From: a phage
DNA length: 49,995 nt
Sequence record: NC_105507.1
Reading direction: 5' to 3' (one strand)
A program made the translations under genes and the position numbers. Shown piece after piece: positions 44,345 through 49,995 of this stretch. The notes below the pieces were generated by a model, which saw only the letters and a program-made list of their open reading frames with translations, did not search any database and had not been told where the DNA came from. The number at the start of each line of letters is the position of its first letter. The stretch's first letter is position 1.

Positions 44345-44374
44345 GCACACATAAAGCAACAAGGAGCATTAAAG

Positions 44375-45430
44375 ATGAGTGATTTTAACGCCTACACTAG
44401 CGAAGAAATGAGCAACGAGCTTTATCATGATCCTAACGCGTGGACGGCTGAATATGTCAGCGGTTCCAGCCTGGCGGAGATTTACAGCACTTGCCCGGCG
44501 TACTGGAAGTACAAGCCGCGCCAGGAAACTAAAGCACTTGTTTTCGGTACGCAGTCGCATACCAACTTTGAAAGCAAGGAGCTATTCGAAAAAACATATC
44601 GCCGCGCACCGTCGCAGGATGATTTTAAAGACCTGATCACTAGTCAAACGGCGTTAGCATCAAAGCTGAAATCTTTTGGCCTGAAAGGTACGACGGGTAA
44701 ACAATACCCTGAATTACTGGAAATGCTGTACAAGTGCGGCGAGGATCTCAATGTGTGGTGGCTTATCGAAATGATGGCAGAATGCCAGGCCGCAGCGGAC
44801 GGAGTGCAGTTAATAGACGCTAAAGATTATGATGCCTGTGTAGCGATGCGGCGCGTACTTGAGGCCATACCGGAGCATAACGCTTGCATGAACAGCCCAA
44901 CCGCGCAGCGTGAAATGTCAATATTTGGGATCATCAACGGCGTAAAAGTAAAAGTGCGTCTTGATCACGTTGACGTAAACAAGGATGTAAAGGCAACAAT
45001 CATTAACGGTTACGACGAAAAAGGCAGGCCGATTTATGAAGAAGTCACCTATCCAGAAGCGGTGATTATCACTGACTACAAAACAACGGTTAGCGCAAAT
45101 CCGGTTGACTTCCAGCGCCTGGCTTACAATCACGGCTATTATCTTAAAATGGCTTTGCAACATGACTTATTCAAAAAGGCTTATCCAGACGAGGAAAGGC
45201 CAGTAATTGTAAGATTGCTTGCGCAGGAGAAGAAAGAGCCTTACTTGCCGCTTGCTTTCCGTATGAATATTGAGCAATTGAAGATCGGGCGCATCCAGTA
45301 CATGAGCGTGATCAACAAGTTCAACGTTTGCCAGCAGTTAGACGAATGGCCTTCGTATGCAAACGGGCAACCGGAAATTGATCTTGATACTCCTGATTGG
45401 GTTCGTGCTCAATTCAGGCATTATCTTTGA
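44375..45430 (+). CDS. recombination exonuclease (PD-(D/E)XK, RecB-like nuclease domain)
   Basis: LDHVD ... ITDYKTT ... Q..Y motifs; adjacent to Erf and SSB. Confidence 0.6.
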   Translation: MSDFNAYTSEEMSNELYHDPNAWTAEYVSGSSLAEIYSTCPAYWKYKPRQETKALVFGTQSHTNFESKELFEKTYRRAPSQDDFKDLITSQTALASKLKSFGLKGTTGKQYPELLEMLYKCGEDLNVWWLIEMMAECQAAADGVQLIDAKDYDACVAMRRVLEAIPEHNACMNSPTAQREMSIFGIINGVKVKVRLDHVDVNKDVKATIINGYDEKGRPIYEEVTYPEAVIITDYKTTVSANPVDFQRLAYNHGYYLKMALQHDLFKKAYPDEERPVIVRLLAQEKKEPYLPLAFRMNIEQLKIGRIQYMSVINKFNVCQQLDEWPSYANGQPEIDLDTPDWVRAQFRHYL

Positions 45431-45505
45431 TAAACTAAACAAATAGCTAAACTTTTATAATGGTTGGTGATATAATTCGCCAACCAGATAACTGGAGAAT
45501 GAGAA

Positions 45506-45763
45506 ATGACAGACAAAGACAATGCCACATTATTGCATTTAGAACGATTCATTGATCGAGTAACCATTGCAATGAAAGAATTTATTAAGCCGATGAACAT
45601 TAAAGAGTCGGAAGAAATGAAGACTTACATCAAGGACGTGGTTGCATCCATTGACAACGTTATCCTTGTTGCAACGATGAGCAAGGGAAACAAAGAGCGC
45701 GAGAGGTTGGTTGCTGAATCAACAGAAGAATTTATTAAAATGCTTGAAAGCGAGAAGGAATAA
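45506..45763 (+). CDS. hypothetical protein
   Basis: GGAG RBS; preceded by hairpin with TATAAT-like loop. Confidence 0.5.
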   Translation: MTDKDNATLLHLERFIDRVTIAMKEFIKPMNIKESEEMKTYIKDVVASIDNVILVATMSKGNKERERLVAESTEEFIKMLESEKE

Positions 45764-46420
<657 letters not shown>

Positions 46421-46463
46421 TAAACGGGGCGCTTGCGCCCCTTTTGTCATAGGAGAAAACAAA

Positions 46464-46916
46464 ATGCACGTTATTACAGGTGAGATTCGAAAAGAGCCAA
46501 AAGTAAAGCAAATGCCTAACGGCAGCACGCTATATGTTATTGAGCTTTCCGAGCGATACAAAGACCGAGAAGGAAATTGGCAGTATACAAACTATGTGTT
46601 TTTCTTTAACGCGAAAACAGACGGCCTGAATGGTTGGTATGCCGAGGCGTTCCAGGTAGGCAAGGTTGTTTCTGTTTCCTGCGATACCTTGCGAGTTGAA
46701 ACGCGAGAATACAACGGAAAGATTTACAGCACCGTGCAGCCTGGCGGATTTGCAAACTTGCTATTTAGCCAGAGAGGTGAAAGCCAGCAACAATATCAGC
46801 AGCGAACGCAAGGAGGATGGGGGCAACCACAACAGCAACAGCAACAAAATACTCAACAGCAGCCGCAGCAAAGCAATCAGCCTCCGATTGACTTTGACGA
46901 CGATATACCATTCTGA
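46464..46916 (+). CDS. ssb: single-stranded DNA-binding protein
   Basis: OB-fold-like N-terminus, Gln-rich linker, acidic tail DFDDDIPF; start ATG 46464 after GGAGAAAACAAA RBS. Confidence 0.9.
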   Translation: MHVITGEIRKEPKVKQMPNGSTLYVIELSERYKDREGNWQYTNYVFFFNAKTDGLNGWYAEAFQVGKVVSVSCDTLRVETREYNGKIYSTVQPGGFANLLFSQRGESQQQYQQRTQGGWGQPQQQQQQNTQQQPQQSNQPPIDFDDDIPF

Positions 46917-46920
46917 TAAC

Positions 46921-46950
46921 AAAAAGCCCCGCATATGCGGGGCATTTTTT
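46921..46950. terminator. bidirectional rho-independent terminator
   Basis: perfect palindrome GCCCCGCATATGCGGGGC flanked by A5 and T6. Confidence 0.75.
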
Positions 46951-47644
46951 AGTCTAACGTGGTTGGTTTGTTTACCAGTGCCGCTACAACCGCTTTTAGC
47001 TCGTCAATTTCTTTTCTCATCTCATCGTTTTCCGCTTTCAGTTTCTTAACGTGGTGAATCAGTGGAACAGTGAGGCGGTCATACATAACGCCTTCCGCCA
47101 CCATGCCATTACTTGAAGCAATGGCAGAATCTTCTCCTTCTTGCAGCGGTCGCCAGTGAACGTACTCCGGCGCAATTTCTCCAACCTCTTCCGCGATTAG
47201 CCCGTACCATCCCCAATCTTTACGGTCGCTTTCACAAGTTGACCGATACCAAACAGGACGCATTTCAAGCATCAGATCCGCATATTCATCAATAACCGAT
47301 TCTACGCTGCTCTTATAACGAGAAGAGGAAGTGGAGCGTAAAACTTGCGACACTCCAGCATTTGGATCAAGCCATAAGTTTGCTGATTGAGCGGTTGTGT
47401 TAAGATTAAATAAATAAAATGCATCGTTACCAGTTAGGGGGTAAAAACTCCCACTATACCTTCCGCTATCCAACTCGGATGATAGATCAGTTTTTTTTAG
47501 ATACGGTTTCAACTTATTGTCAACATCAGCAGTTGATGCCTTTCCGGCAACATCCTGTTTTAGTGTCGAAACATCCTGTTTTAGTGTCGAAACATCATTT
47601 TTCAGCTTCGTTATATCACTAGGTATAACAGTGACTGTAGCCAT
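46949..47644 (-). CDS. tail fibre-like protein with C-terminal intramolecular chaperone (S74-like) domain
   Basis: WYGLIAEEVGEIAPEYV motif resembling fibre chaperone domain; N-terminal DVSTLKQ repeats. Confidence 0.6.
   Translation of the reverse strand: MATVTVIPSDITKLKNDVSTLKQDVSTLKQDVAGKASTADVDNKLKPYLKKTDLSSELDSGRYSGSFYPLTGNDAFYLFNLNTTAQSANLWLDPNAGVSQVLRSTSSSRYKSSVESVIDEYADLMLEMRPVWYRSTCESDRKDWGWYGLIAEEVGEIAPEYVHWRPLQEGEDSAIASSNGMVAEGVMYDRLTVPLIHHVKKLKAENDEMRKEIDELKAVVAALVNKPTTLD
47549..47597. repeat. tandem 21-bp direct repeat (coding)
   Basis: AACATCCTGTTTTAGTGTCGA x2.3 encoding DVSTLKQ heptads. Confidence 0.8.
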
Positions 47645-47656
47645 TTTCCTAACTCC

Positions 47657-47935
47657 TTAAGCCCATTCTCTAATAGGCTGATCTAACTCAACCACGTATC
47701 CATTAAAAATTACGGCATCAAACTTATCATCAATGATTCGCACATTAACGAAATAGCCGTCGTTCTTTCGCGCAATCTCCTCGCCATCGTCAGATCGTGC
47801 AATTACTGTATAAGTATTGCCGATTACATCGAGCAGGATTGCATCCTGAATGGATTCGTTATCATCCCAATTAATTTTTCCTAAAAAGGCCGAAAACTCG
47901 GCCTTGTCTGAAAATTTTAATGTTAAATCACGCAT
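47657..47935 (-). CDS. hypothetical protein (between tail-fibre genes)
   Basis: ATG overlaps stop of tail fibre gene (TAATG); track ORF extends to 47980. Confidence 0.45.
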   Translation of the reverse strand: MRDLTLKFSDKAEFSAFLGKINWDDNESIQDAILLDVIGNTYTVIARSDDGEEIARKNDGYFVNVRIIDDKFDAVIFNGYVVELDQPIREWA

Positions 47936-49890
47936 TAAACAATTTCCCCCAATTGATGATCTGTTAGTGCCTTGTGCCATATACGGAAGTTTCTAACGTG
48001 CCCGAAAAGATGGCGTTCGCCTGTACTTGTTTGTCCGCCAATCCTTATAGTAGCCGTTGATACTATATATCTCCATTCCGTTTTTGTTTCGCTTGATATT
48101 CTGGCATTACTTACACAACAAGTATTGTAATCACTCTTTACTCTCATTCCTATGATCATCTTTTTTAGTTTCGCATTCTCGTTAACCCTTCTGTTTGATT
48201 TACCTATATCGCAATAAGGGAATCCATCATTATCGCCCTCGGCAGATCCGAAAGCAAGAATAATTGCCGCACCAGATTGATGACCTCCAGTATCAAAAAC
48301 ACGAGGCGCAGCATTTGGCGTCATACTCCAGTTTTTATTAGCCTCCACAAGAACTGTAAACGGCAAATTGTAAAGGTTGTTTTTTATTGGCACTGTAACC
48401 ATATCGCTTGCCCTTGTTGTCGGACTTTCATTAGTTACAATGAATGATGAAGCGCAAGATCCAACCTCTACTTGAGGAGTTGTTAAATCCATAAAGCTAT
48501 TTTCATCAAAAACTTCTCCTTGTTTATTAACGACCTGTATTACCCCCCTAATGGAAGTTGATTCATCAGTAACTTTGTAAACTATTTCTGCAAAAATCCA
48601 TTCCCCGTCTATGGTAGCGTTCTTTAGCACTATGTTTTTTGCGTCAACTCCAGAAGTTGCCACCCCTAAGTTATCGCAATCAATAATAGCAGAAGCAACA
48701 GAAGATAAAGGATCTCCCTTGTCAAATCTTGCTGCAAATCTTACATTTTTCCCCTTAGCCCTAAAAGATATTGTAACTCCATCACCCTTTACAACTGCAA
48801 TCTTATTTGTAGTAAGTCCAGCTATAATAGTGTAAGAGCCTACGCCACCTAAATATTCCCCTGGTTTAAATGTTGCATACTTAAACCCCCTTTCATCAGT
48901 CTTAGTTTTACCTCTTTCTAATCCTGGATTTGGATTCCATGATTCAGGCTTATTTGAATTTACAAAATAGTTTGTTCTCTGCCCTTCAATCAAAAGACCA
49001 TCCTTTTCAAATCTAGGTTCATCAATAGCAGCATTAGTAAGCACCCCAGACTTATTAATGTAAGTAGCGGTTGATGCGCGTTTAAACTTAACAATCTTGT
49101 CACCTGGCATCGTGATCTCATCGTCACCTATAACAATCTTTTTATATGACGGAGAGAATCCGGTGATCATATCCAGGGAATCATTAAACGGTATCCACAC
49201 GTCCGGCAACGGTTGCAATAAATCTTTGTAAGGTTCTGCGGCCTGCTTTGCGTATTCCTCCGCTTGATCTCGCGCACTTTCAGCTCCTGCCTTTGCAGTG
49301 TTCGCAGCGTCACGCGCGGATTCAGCGCCAGACTTTGCTGCTTCAGCGCCAGTCTTTGCAGTGTTTGCAGCGGCGCGCGCGGATTCAGCGGCAGCCTTTG
49401 CAGTGTCAGCACCTTTCTTGCTATTCTCTGCATTTGTTGCGCTTGTCTTTGCGTTATTCTCGCTAGTTTTAGCTGCCTTCTGGCTTGCTGCGGCTGCGTC
49501 AGCATTTGTCTTTACGTCTTCCTGGATCTTCTGTAGCTTATCCCAATCAAAATCCTTGATGATCTCAATAAATCCAGCAAGCTCCGACTCCTTTCCCTGG
49601 TAATAACGCAACGTTTCCGCTACGTCTTGCGCAAGACCGTCAACCGTTAACGAGTCATGAAGCAAGATCAGGTAATTTGTCTTCTTGACTACCGCGCCGC
49701 CAGTAGTAATTGCGCGAATGCTTGTATCGCTAATCACTTCTGTAATCACAGCAGCTTGCAAAGGTTGAGCAAGAAAGAAAATAGTTGCGCCTGGGCGAAT
49801 CAAGGTTAATTGCTCACGCCATTTTGTACCGTAACCAGTTACATAACCTTGCGCGTCCATAGACGCTTGGCCTTGTCTGTAAATCGCCAT
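47935..49890 (-). CDS. tail fibre protein
   Basis: Ala-rich degenerate repeats (AKTSENNAKTSATNAE...), C-terminal beta-rich domain; AGGAGG RBS before ATG 49890 (track GTG 49914). Confidence 0.8.
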   Translation of the reverse strand: MAIYRQGQASMDAQGYVTGYGTKWREQLTLIRPGATIFFLAQPLQAAVITEVISDTSIRAITTGGAVVKKTNYLILLHDSLTVDGLAQDVAETLRYYQGKESELAGFIEIIKDFDWDKLQKIQEDVKTNADAAAASQKAAKTSENNAKTSATNAENSKKGADTAKAAAESARAAANTAKTGAEAAKSGAESARDAANTAKAGAESARDQAEEYAKQAAEPYKDLLQPLPDVWIPFNDSLDMITGFSPSYKKIVIGDDEITMPGDKIVKFKRASTATYINKSGVLTNAAIDEPRFEKDGLLIEGQRTNYFVNSNKPESWNPNPGLERGKTKTDERGFKYATFKPGEYLGGVGSYTIIAGLTTNKIAVVKGDGVTISFRAKGKNVRFAARFDKGDPLSSVASAIIDCDNLGVATSGVDAKNIVLKNATIDGEWIFAEIVYKVTDESTSIRGVIQVVNKQGEVFDENSFMDLTTPQVEVGSCASSFIVTNESPTTRASDMVTVPIKNNLYNLPFTVLVEANKNWSMTPNAAPRVFDTGGHQSGAAIILAFGSAEGDNDGFPYCDIGKSNRRVNENAKLKKMIIGMRVKSDYNTCCVSNARISSETKTEWRYIVSTATIRIGGQTSTGERHLFGHVRNFRIWHKALTDHQLGEIV

Positions 49891-49908
49891 TTGTAAAATC
49901 CTCCTAAA

Positions 49909-49926
49909 TAGCACTTTTTGCTAATG
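49909..49926 (+). repeat. degenerate TAGCAC box copy
   Basis: TAGCACTTTTTGCTAATG overlapping tail-fibre RBS region, no -10 at canonical spacing. Confidence 0.35.
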
Positions 49927-49955
49927 ACAATGCAGATAATAGCATTTTCAAGTGC

Positions 49956-49981
49956 AAAAAAAAACCCCGCATAAGCGGGGC
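49956..49981 (-). terminator. rho-independent terminator (minus strand)
   Basis: CCCCGC ataa GCGGGG stem followed on minus strand by T9; would terminate the primase transcript if the genome is circularised. Confidence 0.6.
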
Positions 49982-49995
49982 AATACTAGCGGAGT

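Noticed and set aside
49167-49603. Ala/Arg/Leu-rich ORFs overlapping the tail fibre repeat region
   Set aside because: Alternative frames of the Ala-rich repeat region of the tail fibre gene; low-complexity translation artefacts.

Overview
The window reads as a complete, circularly permuted genome (about 50 kb) of a virulent T1-like siphovirus of an enterobacterial host. No integrase, repressor, tRNA or CRISPR array was recognised. Layout: a replication and DNA-modification module (Zn-ribbon primase, SF2 helicase, VRR-NUC nuclease, Dam methyltransferase, metallophosphoesterase), a lysis cassette (holin, SAR endolysin, unimolecular spanin), a leftward cluster of small early genes (7.99-14.28 kb) and a rightward cluster (14.97-22.6 kb) diverging from a 690-bp control region, then terminase, portal, head and lambda-like tail genes (G/GT frameshift, tape measure, M-L-K-I-J), a reverse-oriented three-gene lipoprotein cassette, an exonuclease-Erf-SSB recombination module and leftward tail-fibre genes. 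The most striking feature is a 19-bp box (TAGCACTTTTTGTTAAAAC) present in about 18 copies at gene boundaries, usually followed by a short hairpin and a -10-like hexamer at a fixed 21-22 bp spacing, which I interpret as a phage-specific promoter-type cassette family. Other points of interest are two homologous ~150-bp AT/GT-rich intergenic elements, a phased TAATCA iteron array, a GC-rich non-coding stretch that may be a structured RNA, and several accessory genes (second methyltransferase-like protein, dNMP-kinase-like and HAD phosphatase genes, two lipoproteins). All calls come from reading the sequence and motif recognition by eye; no database search was run, and coordinates of non-coding elements may be off by 1-2 bp.
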